DNA from: Euglena gracilis | Lineage: Eukaryota | Length of the DNA: 64,000 nucleotides | Reading direction: 5' to 3' | Assembly: GCA_039621445.1 (NCBI GenBank) | Contig: CP154954.1 | Location: 46,231,847 to 46,295,846 of the forward strand | Part shown: positions 1 to 13,700 of the stretch, in pieces | Layout: each line of letters starts with the position of its first letter | Numbering within the stretch: the first letter of the stretch is position 1 | Notes under the pieces: model-generated | The model's database searches: none | What the model was told of the DNA's origin: nothing | Seen by the model: the letters and a program-made list of their open reading frames with translations, nothing else | Position numbers and translations under genes: made by a program

Positions 1-168
1 TGGGGGCAGGGTGGGGTCTGGCTTAAGAAATTCTCTGCCCCTCAACCCTAACCGAACACCATAACCTCCTCAATTGAACTGGGAACTATGCAAACTTCAG
101 AGTTCACTTCCAAAGCATCGACAAACAAGAAGGTTTTGGGGTTCACACTGTGTGGGTTTTGCAACATA

Positions 169-564
169 ACCCCCCCCCCAATAAGTGCACGGGTGCGCGC
201 ATTTTAAAGACGTAGTTTCGGACCCCAAGGGGTGTGCACTTATTAAGGCAGTGCGCACTTTTTTGGACAAAGCCGAAAATACTCATATTTCCCCCGCTCT
301 TTTTCAATTTCCCCCCTATTTTGCGATTTCAAGCAATGAGTCAAGTGATTATGTGTCAAATTTGGGCTTGGACGATAGAAATAGTTGGTCTGAGAAAGAC
401 AATTCTGAGAATTGTGTGTGCTTTCCGACATGAGATGTAGCAGTGATTTCTCCTTTGGGGGGGGGGTGCGCACTTTTTAGGGAGGTAGTTTCGGACCCCT
501 GGGGGGTGCGCACGTATTAGGGCACTGCGCACAATTAGGGCACTGCGCACTTATTGGGGGGGTT
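169..564. mobile_element. TA-flanked MITE
   Basis: TA A(C)nAATAAGTGC ... GCACTTATT(G)nTT TA; internal repeats GTAGTTTCGGACCCC. Confidence 0.75.
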
Positions 565-1324
565 TACTTCACTGGCTTCCATTACCACTCGGTGCAGTAT
601 AAAAATGCACTCTTTTCCAAGACTTGGAATGCCCAGAGGAGTTCAACGTCCCAAGCCCAACATAAACAATCTGGATGCCAATTCCATTCAGGGTTTGCAG
701 AAGGATTTGTCACGGCAGGTGGGGGGATAGACATAAAGCAATAGTATGTTTGGGACTGCGAGGTAGCTGCGGCTTGCCTTTTCCGCAATCCCCAGCAGCC
801 GGCAGCTGTTTCCATCGACCCATTTATCCTGTTGGACTGCCACACCCCTGGGGCCCAAGCAGGTAGCTATTCACCGGCCACGACCAACACCCCAATGGAG
901 AGGAGTGTGGGTAATGATACATAAAGGTGAATTGTACCAAAAATATTGCGGAGGAAAAACAGGTCAGTGCCGCAGGGCAAGGCATTCAGAGGGTGGCAGA
1001 CACCCCAACTCCACCTTGACATATAGCCCCACCTTCACCACCTTGACTTTTGGCAAGAATTTACCAGCCGAGACGGATCTTACCTTCCATCGGCGGACTT
1101 AATGAAATCTCAAATCAAAGACGAGGTCACCCACCCCCTCCAAGAGCTCAGGTGACTGTGTGTCTCAGGGCAGATGGAGAGCAAGCCATAAAGAAGTCAG
1201 GGAGTGCGCGGAGGTGCCCAGGAAGGTAGCTGTCGCCTGCTTGTCTCTTCAGGGATCGTTGCATGCTCATGCCTCGCCAGCTGCTCCTGCCTCCTCCGCT
1301 CCTTCTCTGTGAGCCACACAAGGT

Positions 1325-1419
1325 CAGGGTCCACCGTCGACCGGCGCGCACGGCGTCCCGACACCGGCACCGCTCCCGCCGCCCGCCGCCGCTCCGGCCA
1401 CCCCTCCTCCGCCTCCGTC
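1325..1419 (-). CDS. Unit B exon: TEAEEGWPERRRAAGAVPVSGRRARRSTVDP (3' edge approx)
   Basis: In-frame continuation across intron 1420-1790. Confidence 0.75.
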
Positions 1420-1483
1420 CTCCCCAGGGCTGTACAGAACAACCTGGTGTCAATCCCCCCACACGCGCGCGCTCAAACGCACG

Positions 1484-1526
<43 letters not shown>

Positions 1527-1533
1527 ACACACC

Positions 1534-1573
<40 letters not shown>

Positions 1574-1670
1574 ACACCACACCACACGCACACACACCAC
1601 GCGCACACATAAACCACACACACACACACCCACCCAGCCAACACACACACATTCACGCACACACGCACAC

Positions 1671-1723
<53 letters not shown>

Positions 1724-4700
1724 ACACACACACACACATGCATGCGCACGCCACCCATAGCATTTCTGGGATTCCCGCTCAGCCCTGATCCCGCCCTCCG
1801 CCTCCTGCCGCTGCCGCTCCTCCAGCCGCCGCTGCCGCAGCAGCTGGTCCCGCTCCTCAATGTCCCACCGGCCCCGCCGCCGAAGGTCGATGTACCACTT
1901 CTCCGCCCTCTTCCGCAGCCGCCGCTGCCGCGTCTTGCCTTGGGGAGGCTGCTGGGCTGTGCGGGGACCCTCAGCACGGCTGGAGGGGATGGGGGTGGGG
2001 GGACGGGGGTCGACCCAGACGGTCAGGCTCACCGTTCAGCCGGGGGGGGGGTAGACGGCCGACTCATATGATGTGGGGGACCATGCCTGCCTGGGCCGCC
2101 CCTGTTGCTGTGGGTGGGGTTGGGGCTTCCTTGGGGAGGGCGGACGCAGCAGCCTCGGTCTCGTCCTGAAAGCCGGGGGGCAATGGCGTCTTGTCCGGCT
2201 TCTCGATGTGGGCAGAGGCACGCTCCGAACCCCCCTGAGGCACCGGAGCCCCAGTTCTCGTTGGACACCAGTGGCCATCCACAGCGTCAAAAACTGGCAG
2301 GTCATCATGCGCATAGAATTATTTTCCAAGCGGCTTCAGGCCACTACGCGTCTTCAGTGCTTTGTTGTCCCCAAAGGGAACGAAAGGGACTTTGTCAAAA
2401 GACGCCCCAAACATCCAGCGATAGCCACAACAGACACATGAGTAAGACATATTGCACGACACAAAAAAAAAGCAGGAATTGTACACTGCATACCTACATT
2501 TCATTAACAAATACACTGCAGAGCTTTGCCTCTGGATTCCATCGACGGCAACAAAGAGCCACCAAAACAAAATGATTAATGACAGTGGAATGCTGACTCC
2601 CAGCTGACGTGTGCCAAACTATCCCCCCCTCTATGTTGACTCTATGTTGACAGAGAGTAATGGTTTGAATACCAACGAGTCCCTCTGGAAAGAGTATTCT
2701 CTGAGTTATTGCAACTGGCAATGTATATTTCTATGATTTGGGGAACTAAAGGGGCAACATAAATGGAAATGTGACTCAAAAGCGTGGACACCAAGGAAAT
2801 TTGTGTTGTTTCCCTTAAATCTCGACACAAAGCCTTGTTTGACCAGGATAAAATGTTTTCACAAACAATTTTGCGTCAGCAATCAGAGGGAAACTTTATT
2901 TCTATCATTGACCCCCAACCAGGGGTTTTTCAAGACCGGGGGGGAGGGGGGTCACTCACCCCCTTGGGGGGCCCCCGGGGGGGGGACCCGGGGGACACAC
3001 TAACTTTCCCCCGAAAATGGTCAAAAATTGTGAAAAATGCTAAAAACAGCACCTTTTCAAAAAAATTTGGCTCCTTTGACGCCGAAAAGTATGGCCCACT
3101 CTCTTAAACGGCCGGGAATGCACTTTTCTTGTTGAGTCACAAAATTCTGGCAGTTTTAGTGAAAATGCGCATCCGTGCATTTCGGAAGCGGAGTGCGCAG
3201 GTGCGCATTCTGAAGGGTTGTGTGTCTCTTCCAGACTAGGTGTGAACACCTCAAAAATGAGCTGTTTGGATTTAACACGACCACAGGGACCACCCCCTGG
3301 TATACTGTTTCAACTGCGTATCACGCTGTTTACCACTGCTTTCCGACGATTGCGGAACAGTGCGTGGCTGGACATACACTCGACACACTCCGCACGACAT
3401 GCGGAACACGACGCAAGCCAACCTGGACCTGGGTGTGCCACCTTGTGTTCACCGATGTGTGCTGATGGCTCCCAGGGACAGGGCCTGGCGAACCCGGGAT
3501 GAGCATGGGAAGGAACTCCTTGCAGCCAGAGAGACACTGTCCTCCCAAGGTCAAAACAATTGGGGTGTCACTGAGTGCCAAGGCCGAAGAATGCGTACCT
3601 GCGCATTTTTTGGAAACCTCACAGAATGCGCAGGTACGCATTTTGGAATGGACACAGGCTGTGGGAAGGCGGAATGCGCACACGCGCATTGATGTTGAAG
3701 GACACACTGGGTATGGCCTGTTGTTTGCCTACCTTGAATCCGAGTTCTGCACCGCTGTGATGTGGTTTCGGGCTTGTGGAACATGGGTGTGTGAGGGGCA
3801 ATTGAACCAGGAGAATCACCCTGGGCAACAATGTCGCTGTACCAGACCACACCCTGGAACACAACACTTGCAGCGGCGTGGAAAACCCTGGGCCTACGCT
3901 GCTCTCATGAACGTGTGGAGCACGTCACAACACACGTGCAACCGTCCCCCACCCGGCGGAGGTGATGGGCCGGTTGATGCCAGCGTTGTCCGACCCCACG
4001 CCCCAGAGCGTGCATGGCAGCACACAACCAATGGCCGCACTGAACAACCTTACGTTGGGCTGCGGTACGAGGTGCAAGAAGCACTGTGCCCCACAATTAG
4101 GGTCAACGCAGGGGGTTGTGTCTGGTTCCACACACAGTGCTCACGGGGTTGGCACCTCGAGAGCGAAACACGCCTATCACCACCTTCGGCATCATTCCCA
4201 AAAAACGGTCTGTAAACACAGAATTAATTCACAATCCAAATGGACTCAAAGAAGCGAACATTATTGGTCAGTCCTTGCTCCAAAATTTATCCAGGCCCTT
4301 GAGATTGTGAGACAGGCACAAGCACATCAGAACAAAAACTTGCCGATAAACCCAGTAATTTTTTTCGTTCTGCTTTTTCCGTGCATTCCATTGTGTCGTA
4401 CATACATCTCTTTAAGGACCCCGGGGGGGGGGGTTGCTGGGCTAGGGCTAGAAATTTGGGCTAGCTAGAAATTTGGGCTGGCTAGCCCGCCCCCCCCCCG
4501 GGGGGGGGCTGGACCCCGGCTGGACCCGAACCGGGGCGAGCTGGACTGAAATCGGAAAAATGCCCAAAAATGACCTGCAAAACACAGTTTTGAAAAAATG
4601 ATGCATCTGAAACCCCCCAAAAATGCCCCAAACGCCCCCCAAACCCCATTTTTGGCCACTTTTGAACACATTTTTTCAAAAATTTTCGGCGCTTCGCGCC

Positions 4701-7700
4701 GAAAAATTTTGGGCTGGACCCCCAAAAAAGGGGCTGGCTAGCTGGGCTAGCAGCACCCCCCCCAGGGGGGGGGGGTGCTGCTGCGGCTGGGCTGGGCCCA
4801 AATCGGGGCTGGCTGCAGCAGCCCCCCCCCGGGGGGGGGGTTCGCAAAACCTTAGAGAGATGTATGGTGTCGTACCAAGGGAAAACGGATGAGAAGGGAC
4901 TTTGGTGCCCGAGGAAATTCCTCAGTGACGGGCACCCTAATTCTCAACTGCGGTCAGCAGTCTTTCATGGCATGAGTAAAAAGCCAGTGAATGCGCACAT
5001 GCGCAAAAAAGCGTCCTGTGCCTTTCTGTAAATTACAGCCACACCGCCGAATATTTGCACTCCCAGGTGGGCATGCCACCACCCACGCCAACTCCCCCCG
5101 CCTGGCCTGGGTTTGAAACCACACGGCTGAGGTGTAGCTCCCTGTGAGGATCGAATGGTGTCCGAGGTCGAGGCAGCCCTGGAGCGAAACACAGCAGGGG
5201 AGGATCCCCACCTGTTGTCTCGTTGGCAACAAACGTCACCCACCACACAGAACCCTCTTTGATCATGTACTCAGAGTCGACGCTCCAGCACTGCAAACTA
5301 CACAACCCCTGGCCGCTGTGAAGACCAAGGAAAGCACATATGCACACACCTTCGCCACACACTCCATCCGCAATGGCTGCAGTCAAACATGGCACATCGG
5401 GGTGAATGCGCACATGCGCATTCCGTTCTAGTGTCACCCCTTAAAGCACCCTGGTAGGAGGTTGCCACACAGGGCGATGCCCAACAACTCAGCACACAAG
5501 GTGGAGGCACAGCCAGGGAGACGTACACCCTGCTCTGGCGTCATCCACCTGTGCAATGAGATGCCTCTGAAATCGTCAACAAAAAAGCCAGCAGTGCACC
5601 ATGGGGGTTGCCCTGCCACAATGCTGTGCTGGCACTGGGTTCAGGAGAGCGAGACACAGCTCCCCACAACATAGAGAGTGAGCACCTGCGCACTCCCCCT
5701 CACGAAATGCGCAGGTGCCCACTCTTGTGGTTGCCCAGCACTGCTCCCCTCCTGCTCTCCTGCAGATAGAATCACAGCCAGCAAGCGAAGGAATGGCCTC
5801 AAGAGTGCGCACGTGCGCATTCTTGTGCCTGATGCAACCTCGGAGAGGAGCCATTTTACATCGTTTGTGAGGGCTGTTCTGGAGAATGTAATCTGTGGCA
5901 GAAAGGGTTGAAGCGAGGCTCCGCTCCGTAGCTTTCAAAACCAGTGACACACAGGAAAGGCGTGCAAAGCCAGCCCCCTCCCCTCCATACCCAGCACCCA
6001 TCCCAAACGTCAGACCCAAGCACAAGTGGTCCCTCATGGTGATGTGACGTAGTGCCTATGAAAACGCACATGGGGAGCGCACGGCGTGCGCCACTGGAGG
6101 GATGCTGTGCCTGCATGTGTCACAGAGGGGTGCAGTGCACCGTGTGAAATGGCAAACAGCAGGTAGCCTGAGGAGGGTGACGAGCCCTCCCCAACGCACA
6201 TCTGGTGTGTATTTAAACACACCCACCCCATCACTCTCTGAATGCAGAGTACATGCACACAACGAACATTCACCATCGCCCCCTCGTGCCCTGCTTCCAG
6301 CACAGAACCTCCCCTCCACTCTAACTGTAGAGACCACGGTACCCCCCACCACCCCCGGGAGCCATAATAACTGTCCAAAACTTCAGGAAAAGGCCGAGAC
6401 GGGGAGGGGGGTGAATGCATTCACTCGGCACCACAAAACAGGGGGGACAGCCACAGGTACAACGCCTTCACCTGACGAGGGTTTGTCCTCGTGAAACAGC
6501 GTTTCGCGTCGCACTTACTTCGGCAGACGGGGGTTTTCCCCCGGTCAACGGAGGTGCTAAACCGTCATTTTCAAAACGAGGAAAAAACCCAGGGATCGAA
6601 GGTAGTGGTCCGTATTGCGTCCAGTATTGGTACCAGGGGTTTCAACTGACGGGTGCGCCGCCCCGTCAAGTGAAGGCGACACACTCGGTCACAAAAGAAT
6701 GCGCAGGTGCGCAAAAAACCACCAAAAATGAAAAGTGCATTTCCGCCGTCTAAGACTCTCCCCTGGGGGGACCCTCCGGGGGGGGCTCGGCCAGATCCAC
6801 ACAACCTACCCTCCCCGGGTCCAGGACTAAAAAATCCCCTGCCCCCAACCCATAAAATGCAATCCCCCCCTTCTGTTGAACCCTGGTTGGAGCAAGGAGT
6901 TGGCGCTTGTCCTACACTTGGACCGCACAGCACAGCAGAGCCACAACACACACACACACACACACACACACACCCCGGGTGTGGCGTGGCTCTGGCCGTG
7001 GGCAAAACCCAGGCGGTGGTACCAGTGGAACGGGCGCTTCATCTTCTTCGTGTTCTGGTCGGTCTCCCACGCCGGCGGCCGGGGCGGGGGCTGCACGGCA
7101 TGCGGGGGCAGCCCCTTGATGGGGTGGGTCGGGTACAGCACCCAGTGCCCGCAGCGCCGCACAAGGCCACGTCCGGTGAGCGAGCCCCCGATGAAACTAT
7201 TTTTTCAGGCCGCAAAAAAAGAATTATGTTTGCCAATTTGCAAAAAATAAATTTGTTTGCAAATTCGCCCCCAAAAAGGATGCATCATCACCGACCATCA
7301 TTGACCTCCTGTCCCCTGGTGGGGCTGAGGCTGTCGCTGGACAGGGCATTTCCTTGCAAAGACGCCTCCAAGGGGTGCCCTGAAAAAATGGCTGATAAGC
7401 AGACAGAGCTTTGGAGGGCAACAAACAGAAGTCATCAATCCAAACTGCTAATTCCAGCCGGATTTGGACAAGTCAGCGAGTACAGAGGTAGGAGAGAGAC
7501 TCCTACAAAGACAGGTCAGTGGGTAGAGAGAGACCCACTGACCTGTCCAGGAACAGGAGGAGGAAAATTTCCCGGGTGGGTCCGGGTCAGAGGTTTTTGT
7601 TTTTGACAATCGACATTTTTCACCCGGTGACAAAAAAAACTGGGAAAGCAAAATGTTCACAAATTTGTAACCTGAAGCCTGAAAAAAATGTTTGGAATTT

Positions 7701-10700
7701 TGTTAACCTGGGAATTTGCCGTTTTCAAAAAGAAAGAAAATTCGTAATTATTTTTAAAAAAAACCTTGAGGAACAAGACAGTGGGTATAAGGGCAGAAGA
7801 CAGATGAATACACGTGAATACACGTTTCAAATACAGAGGGTAGAGGACAATTTCCGGGGGGGGGGGGGGAGGGCGATTATTAATAAAACTGCACTTGCAT
7901 CTGAACATGTATTTTTTTCCTGTGACAAGGAGAAATTTTAAGAACAAAACATCACAACTGAAAAAAAAAAAGGGCAACAAAAGGCAAAAAAAGATGAATT
8001 TCTCATACCAAATGCACATCAGCAGAATGTTTCTGAATTCCATTTTCTTCTTCATTGTTTGATATTTTGTCCACCTCATCCTGGTTCAAACCCCCTGCTC
8101 CACCCACAACATCCCAGCAGAGGTTTATCACCGCAACAGCTGAACAGCCGTCGGGGAGCGCTGGGCTCGACACTGGGGTCTTCCGATCGAGGACGGTCTT
8201 TGGCAGTCACCCACTGTCGGCTGGTCAAAGACAAAATGCTCACAACCTGGCCAGAACCAATCCACCAAAGTGAACCTTTTGCAAATTCTTTTCTGCTTGC
8301 CTGCGGTTGCAGGGAAGGGGGTCTTCCTGGTGTTCATGGTGCGAGAATCTCGCACAATTCATTCGCACTGTCTCGTTTGGAAATGAGTTTACAGAAAAAT
8401 AAATTGGTGCGTGTGATCTCCTTTGATTGTTCCCCTTGCACCTGGAACTCGCTGGAAAATGTCACCTGACTGGTTGCCAATGCCAAAGGCCCTGAAAACT
8501 TCCTATGTCTTGGCCAGGAAGTCGCAAAATATTATTACTTATAATATTATATTACTGTTGGTAGGTTGGTAGGCAGATAGGTGGGTGGGTGGGTGGATGG
8601 GTGGGTAGGTGGGTGGGTAGGTAGGCAGGTAGGTAGGTGGGCTGTTAGGTAGGTAGCCTTCAAACCCCTAACCCCAAGGGCTGAAATTTTCGTTTGCTTT
8701 GTGGAGACAACTTTTCCCATGCCTTTTGGTACTCCGCATCACGGAGGATGGGTCGGAGACGGCTGAAAATTTAGGTGTGTTTTCGAACAACTCCTGGCGG
8801 GGTGTGTGGGCAAGCCACCATATTAAGGATCTCTCCAATCCAGAGTCCAAGAATCCACGCAAACCCAGTGAATTCACTGATGCAACTTCCCTGAACCCCG
8901 TCAGGGAAAGTGTATTCACCTCAGCAACACTCACCAACAACTGGCCTCTTTTGAAGTTGGCCTCCCCCTGTTCACCTGCAAGCTAAAATGGTGGAAACTT
9001 TTCTTTCGGGTGGATTAAATCAAAGAAGACTGCTTTTTAAGACCCTGAGGGGTCCCCCACCCACCCAGCCCAGTGCAGGACCCCAGGAGGGACTCTCAAA
9101 GTTGGGCATCCCCCCCCCAAAATTCTGGCGCTTTGCGGCAGAACCACAACAAGGTATCTGGCCTGGGACCCAGGCATCTGCACGGGGGGGGGGGGTCTTG
9201 CGAGTTAAAAAGAAGCTGGGGTGTGTCTAGTATCAGCAACCTTGTGCCTGCTGATCCGGGGGGGGGGGGGCTGTTGCAAAGAGTTTTCTTTCAGTCATCA
9301 GATTGGGGGGGGGTGTTGGACAAAATTTTCATGTCCTCTGATTGGGCGGGGGAATCGTTGGACAAGGCATTTTTCAAAGACCAAAAGATGAAGAAGCAGC
9401 CAAAATGATCCGACCAGGGTGGGGATATGTTCACTGGACATGGAGGGTGTCAAATATTCAAGTATTCACTCTTAACTGACGCACCTTTGGTGAGGAGACC
9501 AATTTTCAAACAGAGGGAGACTGGTGACGATTTCTGGGATGGCTAGAATGAAATTGGACATGCGGTGGTAGCCCAAGAAGCGGAGGAATTTCTTCAAAGC
9601 GGGGCAAGCCTCCACAAGACTTCCACAATGGATGAAAGAAGGTTGGTGCAGAAACAATTTAAATAATGAGGTTCCTTTAGAAACTTCCAGGAAATGTAAC
9701 CCTTGTGAATTCCTTTTCCTAATCTGAGGTGTCGTTGTGACCATGCAATTGCTTAACGACCCCCGGGGGGGAGGGGAGTCACTCCACTTTTTTAAAAACC
9801 AGTCAGTCACTCATTTTCAAAAAACCAACCAGTCACTACCCCCCCATACATCTCTCTAAGGACCCCGGGGGGGGGTTGCTGGGCTAGGGCTAGAAATTTG
9901 GGCTGGCTAAAAATTTGGGCTGGCTACCCCCCCCCCCCCCCCCGGGGGGGGGGGGGGGCTGGACCCCGGCTGGACCCGAACCGGGGCGAGCTGGACTGAA
10001 ATCGGAAAAATGCCCAAAAATGACCTGCAGAACACAGTTTTGAAAAAATGATGCATCTGAAACCCCCCAAAAATGCCCCAAACGCCCCCCAAACCCCATT
10101 TTTGGCCACTTTTGAACACAGTTTTTCAAAAAATTTCGGCGCTTTGCGCCGAAAAATTTTGGGCTGGACCCCCAAAAAAGGGGCTGGCTAGCTGGGCTAG
10201 CAGCACCCCCCCCGGGGGGGGGTGCTGCTGCGGCTGGGCTGGGCCCAAATCGGGGCTGGCTGCAGCTGCCCCCCCCGGGGGGGGGGTTCGCAAAACCTTA
10301 GAGGGATGTATGACCCCCCCGGGGGGGGGGGGTCGGCCACTCAGAAAAACGGCCACTTTCCAGTCACTTTAGGCCATTTTAGGCCCCAAAAAATTTCCCG
10401 GCGCCTTTGGCGCCGGGGTCACTCAAGCCACCTTTGCCCACTCCTGGCCGACCCCGGAGGGGTCCGGGCCAAAAACCAGTCAGTCAGACTGAAAAAACCA
10501 GTCAACCACCCCCCGGGGGGGGGGGGGTCGGTCAGTGCTTAAGCAATTGCCTGGTTGTGACAGCTGTGGTGTTGTGCCCCTTTGCAGGGGGGGGGGGAAG
10601 TTGCACATCGGGAGGTCGAAAATTGCAGTGCAAAAAAGATTGCACAAAATTGCACAAAATTGCACAAAATTGCACAAAATTGCACATACCAGAAAAGCCA

Positions 10701-13700
10701 TACCAGAAATCAGAAAAGCTGCATATTCTGCCAATTTACCCTGTCGGTTCGCCCAAAAAGTTGCAACACAATCAGCCGTGGCGATATGCCATGGCAAGAC
10801 TTACGCCATTCATCCTGAACTTGTTCATCATCCAGCGGAAGACACAACAATTCATACTTAGAAATTACCAAGGCACAAAATACGAACCTGTTTGTAGAAT
10901 GCCTATTGCTCCTTTGCCAATTGGCCGATTGGGTTTGGAAACTGAGTAAACCAACAATAAACAGCCTTTGAACGGAAATTTTCAATTTTCAAATTTCCAC
11001 TACGCACATCAGTTTCCCAGCAAAAAAACTACCCCTGCTACCCATATATTGCAAAAACTGGCTCCTACACTAGTCAAGTGTGGGGGGGGGGGCAGGAGCC
11101 AGTTTTTGCAATACTTCCAGAAAAAAAAAACGGTAAGTTCTCAATTGCATCAAAAACTGACATTTTCCAAAACAAAATGTCCTGGGCCATGTGCAATTAA
11201 TTGCACAAAATTGCAAAAAATTGCACATTTCGGGGAAAATGTGCAATTGAAAATTGCACAAAATTGCAAAAATTGCACGGTGCAATTTTGCCCCCCCTCT
11301 GCCCTTTGTCAGGTTGAGATTGACTGCAATAGGATGCCAAATGTGCGTTCAGTGGGCAAAATTTTTGACCTCGTGGGGCAACATTCCATCCAGGAATAAA
11401 CTCTATGTGCCAAAATCACATGCAAAAGGAAATGCAATTATAAAACCATATATTACAATCAGATGGAAAAACTGTGACCCAGCAATGTAATGAAAAGCCC
11501 AACACTGTGACAAAGAACGACAGCCTTAAACTGTTGGCACATTTTGGTGTACGTTAATTTTTATCTGGGGCTAAAACCTCCTTTACTTATAACCAACCAC
11601 CTCCTGACCCCCCTTGCTCCAACCAGCTAAAAGACGACCTTCGACCCCCACCCTTGGTGAAGAAAAAATAATATAAAGGTGTCCCAGAAAGTTTTTCACA
11701 AAGGTTTCTTTTTACCAAAGCATCATGTCGTTTTTGACAAATTTTGTCAAAAAATTTTGTAGGTGGTATTTTGGGTCATGTTTTGGGATTGGATTTTGAC
11801 CAACAACTCCTTGACCCCCCCCCACAGACTACCCTCCCCCCCCCCCTTCGGCCGACCAACCAAGCCAAATCACGCTTAAAAGTAGGGCTGGGGCTTACGT
11901 TCCGCTTCTGGCCGTTTGCATTTTTCTTTGGACCCCACCCCCTTGCTGCTTCGCTGCTGCATTTCCAATTCTTTCTCTGGTGAGGCTCTCTGATGAGGCC
12001 ACTGTGCACTGTGCAATGGCCTTATCGACTCACATTCCCTAATGTTGGGTCCCCCCAAAAAAATCCCACCAGAAGAAATCACGGACTACAAGCCGAGGCA
12101 AATACATCTCCTTGGCAAATTTTTCCAACATGACAGCCATACAGCCAAAAATGCCAACCACGTTGGTGTGACAATTCAGTGGGGGTTATCTGACATCATT
12201 TTAGACCAAACCTTATCAAAATTAAACCACACCATAATCCCAACTTTGAGCTGGTATTTTTTGGACCAACAAAAGGGTATAAGGTAAAATTTCCAGTGTG
12301 GTGTGCAAGTTCCTAACCCCCTCAAAAGAAAATAGAACACTAGGATAGAAATAAGACCCGGATCAACTGCAGGGGGACTCTTATTTTTGGAGGGGTCTTT
12401 GACCCTTTTCCTTGACCGACCCAGGCTAGAAAACATCATTTTTCAGGTTGTAAAAAAACACTAAGCTTTTTTTCTTTTGGCACTTCATGCCATGTGTAAA
12501 TTGGTGTAAATTGCCAGTTACCATCTTCTTTTTGCACATCAAAAATACGAAAATCTTTGAAAATGCACCATTTCCCGTCTGAGGTTCTTGGTAATTTCTT
12601 CAGGTAAAAGATTTGCCGTCCCCGGCGCTTTGCGCCGTCAGGGGAGGTCTTATTTGGGGGGTCATTTCATTTTTGAATTTTTGCTTGATTGGCCCAGGGG
12701 GTCTTATTTTGGGGGGGGTTATTTGGAGAGGGGTTGGTGCCATGTCAATGCTTGGTTGGGATTGTCAAAACCAGGCAACCGGTACAGCATGTACATCCTG
12801 AGGCCCATTTGATTGATCTGGAGATACCTGAGAATGAGTGGATATCAATGACACCAATTCCACCTCAGGTGCACGTGGGTAAAAGAAGCCCCCCAAAAGA
12901 GCCTGAAAGATCAACACACAGGAAAGAAAAAACTCCAGCAGCAGGAAATCCCCTGTGGACAACGATGGGCAACCTCCATCCTGCAACCGGGGGGGGGGGG
13001 GGGTTGTTGGTCGGGGTTCTGACCAAAAAGGTGTCCTCCAACTGGGGGTCAGCTGTTAAACAAGGGTACATTTTCAGGCCAAATCATGTAGGAAGCCATC
13101 AGGTTCCCTGGTACTGACGTATCGGGTTGTAGAGGTAGGTATTCTTTTTGCGGGTCCAGGAAACTTTCAGGGACCCCATACCAGGCAACCTGCCATTCTG
13201 TGTACTTGATCTTTGACTCTTAAAACTCATGGGATGTGCCAAAAATGCAACTTGGGGGGCACATGTGGCGACGAGATCGAAATTGGGGTTGGCTACAGCG
13301 GCCCCCTCCCTGGGATGAGGGTCTGCAAAAACTCATAACCTCCTCCCCGATGGAAGCGTGGGGCTGCTACAAGCGCAGGGTCCAAATAACAGCACACCGT
13401 TGCCAAAGGCAACGGTCCACTGCAAGTGCACCTCCATCCTGATGGGATTTCTAAAAAACATCAACAAAAATCGTGCAGGTTTTTCCAAAAAGATCCCCCC
13501 CGTAGGCGGTGGTCTACCTGCTCTAAGCGGGCACCCGTGTTTCTGTTGGGGGGTTTAGGGATGGATGTATGACACACACACACACACACAGAATACACAG
13601 AGAGAGAGAGGGGGGGGAGGGAGAGATGGGCGGGACACACCGGTGCAGGAGGTCGCAGATGAAGATGAACTCCGCCTTGTGCATGTGTCGCCACAAGACG

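Larger units (their letters stand above)
2920..6841. mobile_element. Non-autonomous TIR element, 8-bp TSD (hAT-like), split by a nested insertion
   Basis: TIR CAGGGGTTTTT / AAAAATCCCCTG; TSD CCCCCAAC at 2912-2919 and 6842-6849. Confidence 0.8.

Noticed and set aside
38-70. Telomere-like CCCTAACC hexamers
   Set aside because: Too short and degenerate to call.
1148-2032. Long ORFs with CVCV/HTHT runs (also 41415-42294 and 27160-27567)
   Set aside because: They are translations of (CA)n microsatellites spanning real short exons; the repeat lies inside a paired intron.
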